A stretch of 64,000 bases of DNA from a virus. Taxonomy: Duplodnaviria; Caudoviricetes. Under the pieces are notes generated by a model. The model was not told the DNA's origin. It saw only the letters and a list, made by a program, of their open reading frames with translations, and made no database searches. Positions 48,002 through 59,800 of this stretch are shown in pieces (within the stretch, counting starts at the first letter, position 1; each line of letters begins with the position of its first letter). The translations under genes were made by a program, and so were the position numbers. The stretch lies in the IMG/VR virus record IMGVR_UViG_2933348407_000001, positions 1 through 64,000 of that record; one strand, written 5' to 3'.

Positions 48002-50463
48002 TGCCCCGCCAGTTCCTCCCGACGCTCCGGGGACTCCTCGTACCGCGCTTGGCTGCTCCCCCGCCCACACCGACCGCTGAGACCAAGGACCTGCTCGCGG
48101 GCAACGCCTACGTGTCGATGACGTACGCCGGCGTCACCAACGTGTGGGGCACGCCCGGCCGCGCGGACGGCTGGGACATGGAACGCGTCATCGTCGAGGG
48201 CTACGAGCGCTCCATCTGGACCTTCAAGTCCATCGAGGCGATCAGTAAGCACGCCAGCACCCTCCCGATCCAGATCGGCCGGGGCGGGGACGAACGGCGC
48301 TTCGAGGAGACCCTCGACGACCACCCGCTGCTGAAGCTGCTCAACAAGAAGGCCAATCCGCTCGAGACCGGCGATGTCTTCAAGAAGCGGCTGAGCGCAC
48401 AGCTCCTTCTGTCGAAGAAGGGCGTCTTCATCGAGAAGACCTACAGCCGCGGCGGCAACCTCGTACGCCTCGACCTGCTTCCGCCGGACCGCGTCCAGAT
48501 CATCCCGGACGACCGTAACGCCGACTACGTGAAGCACTTTGAGTTCACGGACTACAGCGGCCACGTCCGGGAGCTGCTGCCCAAGCACGTCATATGGATT
48601 CGCGACCCCCACCCTCTCGACCCTTTCTGTGGCGTCACCCCGCTCGAAGCGGCGGGCCTGTCCATCGACTTGGACGTCAAGGCCCGCACCTACAACATCA
48701 GTTTTATTGACAATGACGGCAGACCGGGCGGAATTGTCGGTATCGACCTGGAAGGAGTCGACCAGCGCGAAGTCGACCGCATCCAGAAGCGATTGGCGCC
48801 CGGCGCGCACAGCGCCGGCCAGCTCACCCTCGTTGGCACCGGGCCCGGCGGCGTCACCTACGTCGACACCTCCGCCCGCCCTCGCGAGATGGCCTACGAG
48901 ACGCTGTCCGGCACCTCTAAGGGCGAGATCCTGGCCGCGTTCGGTGTCCCCGAAAGCATCGTCGGCAACGCCTCTGAGCGGACCTACGCGAATGCTGACC
49001 GCGAGGAATACAACTTCTGGGACCACACGGAGCTGCCCCACCTCAACCTGATCGCCTCCGGGTTCGACCCGGACCTCGATGACGAGTGGATCGTCCGCTT
49101 CGACACTTCCAGTGTTCAGGCACTGGAGTTTCCCCGCCGCCAGGCCCGCGAGGAAGCCCGCAAGGAGTGGGAAGCCGGCCTCATCACGATCGACGAGTAC
49201 CGGGAGATCGCGGGGCGACCGGCATTCAACGTCCCACAGTCCCGGGCCCTTTGGATCTCTCCGCAGAAGGCCCCCGTACCCGCCAACGACCAGGACGCCG
49301 CCGCACTGGGCCTCGGCCCCGACCCGGCCGCGGGCGGAACACCCGGAGCGGTGCCCACCGGCGCCCCGCTCCCGCCGGGCACCGCTCCGGACACCGCGGC
49401 CGCCGACGTCGCCGCCGCCCGCGCTCTGGACGCTGGCCCGAGCGCCGCCGCGGATGTCGCCGCCGCACGAGCGCAGGGCACGCCCCTCGCCCTGCCCGCC
49501 GGTTCGACGGCTACCGACGCCGTCGCAGCGGCCCGCGCCGCCACTACCGACAGCGGCCCCGGCGACGCGGCCGCCGACGTCGACCGCGCCCGCAGCGCCC
49601 AGAACGCTGCACTCCCCGGCGACGCCGCCGAGGACGTCGACGCCGCACGCGCCACGGTCGAGACCAAGGCCCTGCCCGAGGACGACGGATACGAGGTCAC
49701 TGACGACGACTTCGACGCTCTGTCCATGGCCGTGGCCGCGGCCGTCACCGCGCTCCTCGCACGCCAGGAAGGCGTCATACTCGCCCGGCTACGCGCTCCG
49801 AAAATCCGCAAGTACACGCGGTACTGGGAGCCCGAGAACGACGACGACGTCCGGCACGTCGACGCCGACCTCGACCAGGACCGTGTTGTCAGCGCCGCCC
49901 GCTGGGCCGAGGAGACCAGCCAGACGCTGACCCCGATCCTCCAGCAGGCGGCCATCGCCACGGCACGCAAGGTCGGCCAGGCACTCACCGGCACCGACGA
50001 AGTCCCGCCGGCCGCGGCAGCGGCCGCCATCGTTACCGCGGCGTACGCCAGCGAGGCCATGACCACGTTCCTCCGTGAACTGGCCACCGCCCTGTTCGAC
50101 GCACAGCACGGAGTACCGACGATCAGCGACCTCGAGAACGCTGTCGCCTTCTTCTACCGCTCCGCGGCCCCCAGCCTGGTGGCACGACTAGCCGAAGCCT
50201 GCGCCGTGGCAACCATCAACGGCGCCGCAGACGCGGCCGCGGAGCACGCCGGCCCCGACGTCGTCCGGACCTGGATCACCCGCGGAGACACCCGCGTACG
50301 GCCCGCCCACAAGGCACTCCACGGCACGACGCTGCCCGTCGGCACCCCGTACACCGTCGACGGTGCCACCCTCCGCTACCCCGGCGACCCCTTCGCCCCC
50401 ATCGCCCTCACGATCAACTGCCGCTGCCGCCTGCACTACGCCACCGACAAGGAGCCCCAGTGA
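48001..50463 (+). CDS. Phage portal protein fused to MuF/gp7-like head morphogenesis domain
   Basis: HPLLKLL..NP, GVTPLEAA, ILAAFGVP, TYANA, GLITIDEYRE (HK97-type portal); C-terminal TWITRGDTRVRPAH..LRYPGDP..INCRC. Confidence 0.88.
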   Translation: MPRQFLPTLRGLLVPRLAAPPPTPTAETKDLLAGNAYVSMTYAGVTNVWGTPGRADGWDMERVIVEGYERSIWTFKSIEAISKHASTLPIQIGRGGDERRFEETLDDHPLLKLLNKKANPLETGDVFKKRLSAQLLLSKKGVFIEKTYSRGGNLVRLDLLPPDRVQIIPDDRNADYVKHFEFTDYSGHVRELLPKHVIWIRDPHPLDPFCGVTPLEAAGLSIDLDVKARTYNISFIDNDGRPGGIVGIDLEGVDQREVDRIQKRLAPGAHSAGQLTLVGTGPGGVTYVDTSARPREMAYETLSGTSKGEILAAFGVPESIVGNASERTYANADREEYNFWDHTELPHLNLIASGFDPDLDDEWIVRFDTSSVQALEFPRRQAREEARKEWEAGLITIDEYREIAGRPAFNVPQSRALWISPQKAPVPANDQDAAALGLGPDPAAGGTPGAVPTGAPLPPGTAPDTAAADVAAARALDAGPSAAADVAAARAQGTPLALPAGSTATDAVAAARAATTDSGPGDAAADVDRARSAQNAALPGDAAEDVDAARATVETKALPEDDGYEVTDDDFDALSMAVAAAVTALLARQEGVILARLRAPKIRKYTRYWEPENDDDVRHVDADLDQDRVVSAARWAEETSQTLTPILQQAAIATARKVGQALTGTDEVPPAAAAAAIVTAAYASEAMTTFLRELATALFDAQHGVPTISDLENAVAFFYRSAAPSLVARLAEACAVATINGAADAAAEHAGPDVVRTWITRGDTRVRPAHKALHGTTLPVGTPYTVDGATLRYPGDPFAPIALTINCRCRLHYATDKEPQ

Positions 50464-50705
50464 GACGCACAGCCAGCTTCATCCGACGGAACCTCAGCGC
50501 GTTTCTCTGGGGCGGCTGGGCGCTGTTCTTCGCGGTCTACGAGACGATCGCGCTGCTCACCAAGAAGGACGACGACACGCTGAGCGAGAACACGCGCAAG
50601 CTGTTCCGCATACGGAGCTCGAAGGCAGGACGCGCCGCGTTCACGGTCATCTTGGGCGGAGGCGCAGCGTGGTTCCTGCTGCACATCCTCACCGAGACGA
50701 TGTAA
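50460..50705 (+). CDS. Small two-TM membrane protein
   Basis: GTGA overlap; two hydrophobic helices. Confidence 0.7.
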   Translation: MRRTASFIRRNLSAFLWGGWALFFAVYETIALLTKKDDDTLSENTRKLFRIRSSKAGRAAFTVILGGGAAWFLLHILTETM

Positions 50706-50774
50706 GCGCGGGCCCGAGGGCGGCTTGCACAATTGTGCAAGAACGATCTTGGGCGCGGAGGGCCGCCCGCAGCG

Positions 50775-50805
50775 CGCGACGCTAACCACCCGCACTGTGC
50801 ATGGT
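50775..50805 (+). promoter_or_regulatory. Element-specific promoter motif, copy 5
   Basis: CGCGAC-gctaaccacccgcactgtg(19)-CATGGT, 7 nt before ATG 50813. Confidence 0.7.
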
Positions 50806-50812
50806 CCGCGCC

Positions 50813-53800
50813 ATGCTGAATCGCCCCACTGCACAGGCTGAGTCGCAGGACCTGAGTCGCGACCTCGAGGTCAAGGTCACGCGCCGGCCGTGGAACCCTG
50901 CCCTGCACCCCCGGGACAGCAAGGGCCGCTTCATCGAGACCGGCGGCGTGGTGAGGACCTGGGGCGGCAAGCTCGCCCGCGTCATCCGCGCGCTCCCCCA
51001 CGACCGCATCCTCGTCCAGGACCAGACCGGCCCGAACGAGTTCAACGGCCGCAGGCACACCACCAGCGCCAAGTGGGTCAGCATGGTCGCGCGCCCCGAC
51101 GGCAGCGCGCCCACCGACGACGAAGAGAAGGTCGCCGAAGAGGACGAGCGGCGCACCCAGGACCCGCGCCGCGGCAACGGCGTAGCCCGCGACGACGACG
51201 GCGACCCGGATACCCCGAACGAGCCTCACGACCAGGACGACAAGGGCCGCCCGATCGGCGACGACGACGGCGACGGCCCGGACAACGATGACGACCAGGA
51301 CGAGCCCGAGGACGGCGCCCATCCGGTCAACGTCGATGCCCTCCCGAACCGGCAGCACGCGGCCGGGGCCCGGCATAAGGACACCGCCGCCGTCCGTCGT
51401 CACTTCACGCAGCTCGCCGAGCAGCCCGGCACGAGCCCCGACATGGCCACGTTCCTGCTCTCGGTGGCCCACGACGACGACCTGCAGACCGCCCCGTCCG
51501 GCCGCCTCGCGATCCTCCGCGACGAGAGGAACGGCCGCTTCTACCTCACGGCAACCGGCACCGGACAGCGCGTCGATGCCGCCGGCGACTTCGACACCGC
51601 TCAGGACGCCGAACGATTCGCCGAACACCTCGACAAGACCGCCGTCAACGGTCAGCTCACCAAGTTCCAGCAGCCGTTCGACTTCTCCGACCCGCAACTG
51701 GACCGGGAGGCCCGCGACTGGCGCACCACCAGGGGAGAGAACATCCAGGGCGCCATCCAGCGGGCCCGAACAGAGTTCGCCGGCACCCCGGCGCCCACGG
51801 CTACGCCGAAGACCTCCGCGGACAACCGGACCGACGGCAGCGGCCAGCGCTTCAGCACTCTCCAGGCCGCTCGCGCCCACTGGCAGCAGCGCCTCGGCCA
51901 GATCAACGACCTTGGCCCGGACAGCCTTCGAGAGCAGCGAGCCGCGCGACACCTCGAAGGACTGATCAGCAACGACCGGATCAAGCTCGTCGGCCGCGGC
52001 CAGTTCGTCGTCGGCCAGGACCAGAACGGCGAGTGGTACCTGGTCGCAACTGGCAACGGCCTGCCCCTCCGCCGTCGGTGGACCTCCCAGCGCGGCGCAC
52101 AGGCATTCGCCGAGTCCTTCGCCGAGAACCCGCCCATGGGAGACGACGGCAAGCCGCTGGACCTGTCGGACCCCAACGTCCGCATCGCAACCTGGCGTTC
52201 CGAGGACAACCGGTCGATCAGTGAGGTCATCGACGCGGCCGCCGAGAAGTTCCAGCGCGAGAACGCCGCAGGGGAACCACCAGCCGTCACCCCGGCGCCG
52301 GCCGCCGTTCCAGAGACGCCCGCCGCTCCGCAGGCGCCGGAGACCCCGGAGGAGCCGCAGGCGCCCGCGCTGCCGGGCAACGCCGAGCCCGTCGAGGGCG
52401 TCGACGGCTACCACTACGTCAACGATGGCGGATCAATCACCCTGTACGGCCCGGACGGACAGGTCGCCGCGACGAGCGAGCGCGGCTACCCGCCGCAGGC
52501 CAAGATCGACGGCGTCACCGTGCCCGTCCCGCAGTACCCGAAGCAGGGCGCCGCGGTGATGGCCCGCCTGCACCGCGCTGCGAAGAACCCGGACCAGCGT
52601 GACCGGATCACTGCGGCGTGGGTCATGAAGCCCGGCAAGGACGGCAAGCCCGCCAAGCGGGTCATGGTCTTCCGGGGCACCATCAAGGGCGACGATCGGG
52701 ACTACGACGCCGTGGGCTCCACCCGCGCCATCAAGTGGGCCCCATCCCTGCGCGCCTACTCGACCCAGTCGAACATGACCGAGGCCACGCGCGATGAGCG
52801 GATCTCGGAGGTCCTGTCCAACCTCGCCCGTCAGGGCCGCAACGTCCACGTCACCGACGAGACCGCTGCCGGCGCCCCGGGCGCCCCGGCCAACGCCGTC
52901 GACGAAACCGAGGCCCTGCGCAAGGCCATCGCCAACGCGGATGACGCCCGCCTGTCGCAGATGAAGTACGAGCGGTGGGGAACGATCAACCGCACCCGCT
53001 CCGAAGCCAACCGCCGACGCCTCAACTCCGAAGTCGAGATGATCGACGACGAGTTGAAGCGCCGGCGCAAGGAGCGGGACGAGGCCGCCGCCCGAGACGC
53101 CACGTCGCTCAGCGACGACGACATCGCCAACCGCATCCGCGAGTCGCAGGAGGAACGCGGAACCTACGGCGTTCGCAAGGGCCAGGAGGCCAACGACGTT
53201 GAGCGGGCCATTTACAGCGAGCGCCGCCGCCGCTCGCAGGCCCTCGTCGACGACGACACCGACCTGACCACGGCCGCCGAGGACGACCTGGCCAAGGCCC
53301 GCGAGACCGTCGCCGAACGCGTCCGCATGCACCAGGCCGCCGGCGACGACCCCGAGGCCGAGCGCACCATGCGCCAGGCCCTGCAGAACCGGCACGACGT
53401 CATCGTCGGCGAGCAGCAACGCCGCCACGCCCAGCAGATCGCCGACCGACCGCCGGTCGTCGACCTCACCGACGAGGAACTGTCGCAGGAGTACAACGAC
53501 TTGCTCCGGCGCGACTTCCGGAAGGCCCCGCCGGAGGCCCAGCAGGTCCTCGAGGGCCGCATGGAGGACGTCAAGCGGGAGCGCCGCGACCGGGAAAAGC
53601 GGGCCATCACCGACCGCGATGCCCCCGAGAACCTGAGCGATGAGGACCTGAAGGAGGAGTACACCGAGCTTCGCCGTACCCGCTCCTCGTACACCGGGAC
53701 CGACGACGTCAAGGCGGCCCGCAAGGAACGTATGGCCGCGCTGGAGGCCGAGCAGAACCGCCGCGACACCACGCCGGAGACTGAGCAGCTCCTCGCCCGC

Positions 53801-56800
53801 GTCGACAACCCCGACGCCAACGGCATGATCAGCATCGACGGCCGCAGCGGGTACGGCTACGTCGACTACCGGGATCAGACGCACGGGTACGCGGGCCGTC
53901 AGCTCGGATGGACCTGGGGCAAGCAGAGACACAGCCACGGAGACACGGCGTACCCGTCTCGTGCCGCGGCCCTGGCCGCGATGGTTCAGGCGTACGACAA
54001 CGACCCCGACACCCGCGGTGAGCGGACCTGGGGCACCAAGCGCCGCGTATTCGTGCCGAAGATGTTCGTCGAGCTGTACCAGAACGAGCGTCTTCGCGAC
54101 CGGCTCGCCGACGCCAGCGAGGAGCGGCAGTTCCTCTACAGCCTGTTCCGGGACCGGTACGGCTGGGACGACGGCGTGAACCCCCTGGTGCCCAGTAACA
54201 AAAAGGGCCACAACATAAAGGGCCGGAACCTGTGGGTGCCCGAAGGCCTCCTCGCCGAGCTGAACCGGGTGACGGAGGAGCTGTCACGGGACATGTCCGT
54301 GCGGGCCACGGACCGGGACGCGGACAGTTCCGACCGACAGAAGGCCAAGACCCGGCTCGCTTCCATCAACGTGGCTCTGCACGGCATTGAGGCGCAGCGC
54401 GAGTCAGTCCGCAAGAATGGCGGGGACGACGACCGGAAGGTCATCTCCCGCGAGGAGATCGAGGCACAGCAGGCCGCGCTCCGTGCAGCGCTGGGAGGCG
54501 ACGATGACGAACATGTTCAGTCCGATGGTCCGGGATCACTGGAGGACGTACCTGCCCAAGGAGTGGGCGGCGATGACCGATCCGGAGGCGTTCGTCGAGA
54601 CGAAGGCCAGGGAGATCGAGACTCAGATTCTGAAGGCCGAGGAGGCTCTGGAGCAGACAGTTCCGGAGCCGACGGAGTACGAGGAGCAGGTCGGCCGGCA
54701 CAAGCAGATCAGGGCGGACGCAACAGCGATGGTCCTGGCGGAGCTTCTGCCGGAGCCGGAGCCCGGGGCGGAGAAGGCGCCGGAGCAGACGCCAATGGAG
54801 AAGCACCTGCAGGAGATCAGGGACCTGATGTACGACGCGTAGCGCGGTTCCGGCCGGACCCGGCCAACGCGCCCAAGGGCGCCCGCGCGCGTGCGACGGC
54901 CAACGTCGAGGCCATTCGCGTCCTCAAGAAGCTGGAGGCAGAGAACCGGCCGGCCACCGACGAGGAGCGCCGTATCCTCGCCCGCTGGTCCGGCTGGGGA
55001 TCGGTGCCGATCCTCTTCGCCAACGAGCCGAACGAGAAGGAGCCCCGCTACCAGCAGGGCGGTACCCGGTACGGCAAGTTCGCCAAGGACCACGAGCGGT
55101 GGTCCGAGTACAGCGACGTCCGCAGCGAGCTGCAGCGCGTGCTCACGCCGGTGGAGTTCCGGCAGGCATCCCGCGGCGTGCTGTCCATGCACTACACGCC
55201 GCAGCCCATCGCCGAGGCGATGTGGGAGGGCCTTCGGGCGTTCGGCTTTGACCGCGGTGACGTCCTCGAAGCCGGTTCCGGCGCGGGCACGTTCTTCGGC
55301 GTCGCTCCGAACGGTGCCCGTCTGACCGGTGTCGAGCTGGACCCGACCACGGCCCGGATCGCCCAGGCGATCTACCCGCACGCCAATGTCCTGAACGAGT
55401 CCTTCGCGGAGACCGACGTCGGTCCCGGCACCTTTGACGCCGCGATCGGCAACGTCCCCTTCGCCCGGGTCCCGTTCGATGACAAGCGGTACCCGGCGGA
55501 GAGCCTGCACAACGGCTTCGTCACCAAGGAGATCGCCCTCGTCCGGCCCGGCGGCATCACCGCCGTCATCACCTCTCGCCAGACCCTCGACTCCAAGGGC
55601 GACAGGGCCCGCCGCCAGATGGCCAAGTACGGCGACCTGGTCGGCGCCGTCCGCCTGCCCTCCGGCGTCTTCACCGACGCCGGCACCGGGGTCACCACCG
55701 ACGTCCTCGTGTTCCGTCGCCGCGAGGACGGCACCGAGCCGGCTGACCCGTCGTGGCTGGACGCCCCCGAACGGGACATCAACGGCACCGCGCACCACAT
55801 CAACGCCTACTTCGACGAGCACCCCGAGCACATCCTCGGCACGCTGACCACGCAGTCCGGCCCGTACGGGCCCGAGGTGACAGTCAAGGGCGACCCGGCC
55901 AAGGCCGCCGAGCAGCTTCGCGCCGCGCTCGACGACATCGCCGCCAAGGCGAAGGCTGACGGCCGCGGCTACGAGCCGCACCCCGACGGCGACAACCGGC
56001 CTCCGGTGCAGCTCCAGACCGCCCGGGAGAAGCACGCGAACGACTGGACGGGCCGCCTGTACGAGGGCGACGACGGCCAGTTCTACCAGCACGTCAACGG
56101 TGCTGAACCGGTCCTGCTGGAGCCGGCCGACGGCAACACCGCCCAACTTCGTGCCCTCATGCAGCTCCGCGACGTCGCCGCCGAGCTGCGCGAGCTGGAC
56201 CGGAAGAACGACGAGGAGGAGCGCGCCGAGGCCCTGCGCGCCCAACTCCGGGACCTGCACGCCGACTACGTCGCCGAGTACGGGCCCCTGTCCAAGCCGG
56301 GCCAGCACCGCACCAAGGGCGGCCGCCCCACGGCATGGGGCTACTTCCGGGCCGACCCGGACGCCGCGGCCGTCCTCGCCCTGGAACGGTGGGACGCCAG
56401 CAAGGGCGAGCCCGCCCTCTCCCGCGTCTTTACCGAGCGCGCCGCCGCTCGCCGACAGCCGCTCTCCTCGACCAACGACCCGAAGGCGGCCCTGGCCGCG
56501 GTCGTTGCTGCCAAGGGTGAAGTGGACCTCGGCGAGATTGCCCGGCTCCTCGACGTCACCCCGCAGGAGGCGGTGAAGCGCCTCGGCAACGAGGTCTTCA
56601 CCGACCCGGAGACCGGCGGCCTCGAACTGGCCGGCGCCTACCTGTCCGGCGCCGTCCGCGACAAGCTCGATGCCGCCCGCAAGGCCGCCGAGCGCGACCC
56701 GGGGTACGCGGTCAACGTAGCCGCGCTGGAGGCCGTTCAGCCGCCGGACCGCACCATCGGCCAGTTCACCCCGGAGATGGGCGCCCACTGGACGCCCCCG

Positions 56801-59800
56801 GAGCTTCTGCAGGGCTTCCTGCGCGAGTACCTGGGCGACCGCACACTCCGCGTCGCGCACGACGACCGGTACGGCTGGGTTCTCAACACCGGCCGCGTGC
56901 CCGAGGCCAACAACGTCATGTACGGCGTCCCGGCCGTCGAGCCCGACCCGGACAAGGGCATCAAGGGCAACAAGGGCAAGAACGCCGTTGAGATCGCCCG
57001 CGCGATCCTCGGCTTCGGCTCGCTGACCGTCTACGAGGACGACAAGCGCAAGGAAGTCGACGAGGCTACGTCACGTCTGATCCGGCAGAAGGCCGATCAG
57101 ATGCGGGCCGAGTTCGCCAAGTACGCCACGGCGAACGCCGAGCGGCTGAGCGTCCTCACCGACTCGTACAACCGCATCATGAACGGGCACATCGTCCGTT
57201 CGTACGAGGGCATGTCGCCCACGCTCGAGGGCTTCACCCCCGACCGCAACCCGCACGCCTGGCAGCTCGCCGGCGCGGCCCGGATGCAGTTCGAGCGGGG
57301 CGTGATCCTCGCCCACGAGGTGGGCCTCGGCAAGACGTCGACGCTCGTCATGGGCACCCAGGCTCTCAAGGCGTCCGGGCAGATCGAAAAGCCCATGGCC
57401 GTGGTGCCCAACCACGTCTCCAAGCAGTTCTACGACGAGGCCCGACTTCTCTACCCGAACGCCGACATCCACCTGATCACTTCGGCGGACCTGGCCGGCG
57501 ACCGGCGAGGCAGCACGCTGGAGTGGCTGCGCGCGAACAAGCCGGACCTGGTCATCTTCACCGAAGAGGCGTTCGGCTCGATCAAGATGAGCCCGGAGGC
57601 TCAGGACGACTACGAGTTCCGGGAGCTGGAGGCGCTGCGCGAGCAGCTTGACCGCCAGTACGAGGACGCCGACAACCCGAACCACCCGTTCATCGTCGCG
57701 AAGATCGAGCAGCGCATCGCGACGGTCAGCAAGAACATCAACAAGAACGCCGCCCCGATGCGGCGGCCGGGCGAGACGTACTGGGACGACCTCGGGTTCG
57801 ACTACTTCGTCGTCGACGAGGCCCACAGGTACAAGGGCGTCGGCTTCCGCTCCAAGGAGGGAGGCGGCGACCCCGCGTCCATCCGCGGCGTCGACCTGCA
57901 CCAGAAGACGACCGATCTGCACCGCCGCCGCCAGGGCCGGGCCACGATCACGCTCGCCACCGGTACGCCGCTGTCGAACAGCATCAGCGAGCAGTTCACC
58001 ATGCTGATGTTCGCGGCGCCGTGGGTGCTGGACGCCTACAAGGCGGGCGCTCCGGACCTGTGGGCCAACACCTTCGGCCGCAAGACCCTGCGCATCGAGA
58101 ACGCGCCCGACGGCTCCGGCCTGCGCGTCGTGGAGCGGTTCTCCGAGTTCCACAACAAGCGCGCCATGAAGACCATGTGGGGCCTGGTCGCGGACACCAA
58201 GCGCGGTGACGACGTCGGCATTCCCCGCCCGAAGCTCAAGGGCGGCAAGCCGAATCTGATCATGGTCGACGCGACGCCCGACCAGAAGAAGCGCCTCAAG
58301 GGGCTCGTCGCCCGCGGCCGCGCGATCCACAACGGTGAGGTCGACCGCCACCAGGACAACATGCTCGCGGTGTCCAACGAGGGCACCAGCGTGGCCCTCG
58401 ACCCGCGGCTCATCGACGCCAAGGCCCCGGCCGGCAACAAGCTCAAGGCCGTCGCAGACCGGCACATCGAGCGCTACTTCCAGCACAAGGACCGGATCTA
58501 TCCGGTCACCCGCGACAGCCTCGTCGACCACCCCGTCCCGGGCGCCCTCCAGATGATCTTCCTGAACGAAGGCGTCCCGGGAGGCAAGAACAAGGGCAAC
58601 TTCGACGCCTACGCCGAACTCAAGCGGCTCATGGTCGCGGGCGGCATCCCCGCGCACAAGATCGCCTTCGTCCAGGACGCCAAGAAGTCCGGCAAGCCCG
58701 AGGACATGACGGAGCTGTTCCGGAAGGCCCGCGAAGGAGAAATCGCGGTCCTCATCGGCTCCAGCGCCGTCGCGGGTACGGGCATGAACGCCCAGGACCG
58801 CATGATCTCCCTCTCGCACGTCGACCTCGACTGGGGCGCCGCGCAGATGGAACAGCGCAACGGCCGCATCCTGCGCTACGGCAACCTGAACCCCGAAGTC
58901 GAGATCGACATCTACGCGACCAAGGGCTCCATGGACGGCTGGAAGGCCGGATTCGTCGCCGCCAAGGCTGAGGGCCTGGTCGACATCCAGCGGCCCGAGC
59001 CGGAAGACGGCGACTCCAGCGACGTCGTCCAGGAGATCGACGGCGCCGAGTTCGACTACGAGACGATGGAAGCCGAGATCGGCGGCAACCCCTTCATGAG
59101 CCAGCTCATGAAGGCGAAGCGCCGTCTCAAGGACCTGGAGATCGACCAGCACAACGAGGCCGCCGAGCGTATCCGCCGCGCCGAAGCCCTCGATGCGCTG
59201 CGCCAGGAAGCCCAGGCCACCCGCGACGGCATCCAGCGCCGCGAGCAGGCCCTGCCCCGCATCCAGGAGGCCGACGACCGGTTCCGCATGACCATCGGCG
59301 GCTCCCCGTATGGCGAGCGCTCCGACGCTGGCAAGGCCCTGCACCGGCAGATCACCTCCCGCCTCCTCGAGCACAATCGTGAGGGCCTGAGCGACTGGCA
59401 CGTCCTTGGCCAGTTCCGCGGCCTGGACTTCGGTGTCCGCACCGAGAAGACAGCGGACGGCAAGCTCGTCGCGCACGTCGGCTTCCCCGACCTGCGGCAC
59501 TCGGACTTTGAGCGGACCGTGGAGGACCTGCAGAAGAAGGGCGCCGGGGCGGGCATGATCACCCGCCTCGGCAACGCCCTCGACAAGGCGCCCGCGTTGC
59601 AGGAGTCGGACCAGGCCAAGGTTCCGGAACTGGACGAGCAGATAGCCCTGCTCCAGTCCGCACACGCGGCCGCGGACCTCACCCCGCAGATCGACCACGC
59701 TCGCAAGCGGTCGAACCTGCTCGAGGAGATCGTCGCCCGCGTCACCAACCTGGACGCGAAGCCGGAGATCGACCCCGACGAACTCGACAAGGAGCGGTAC

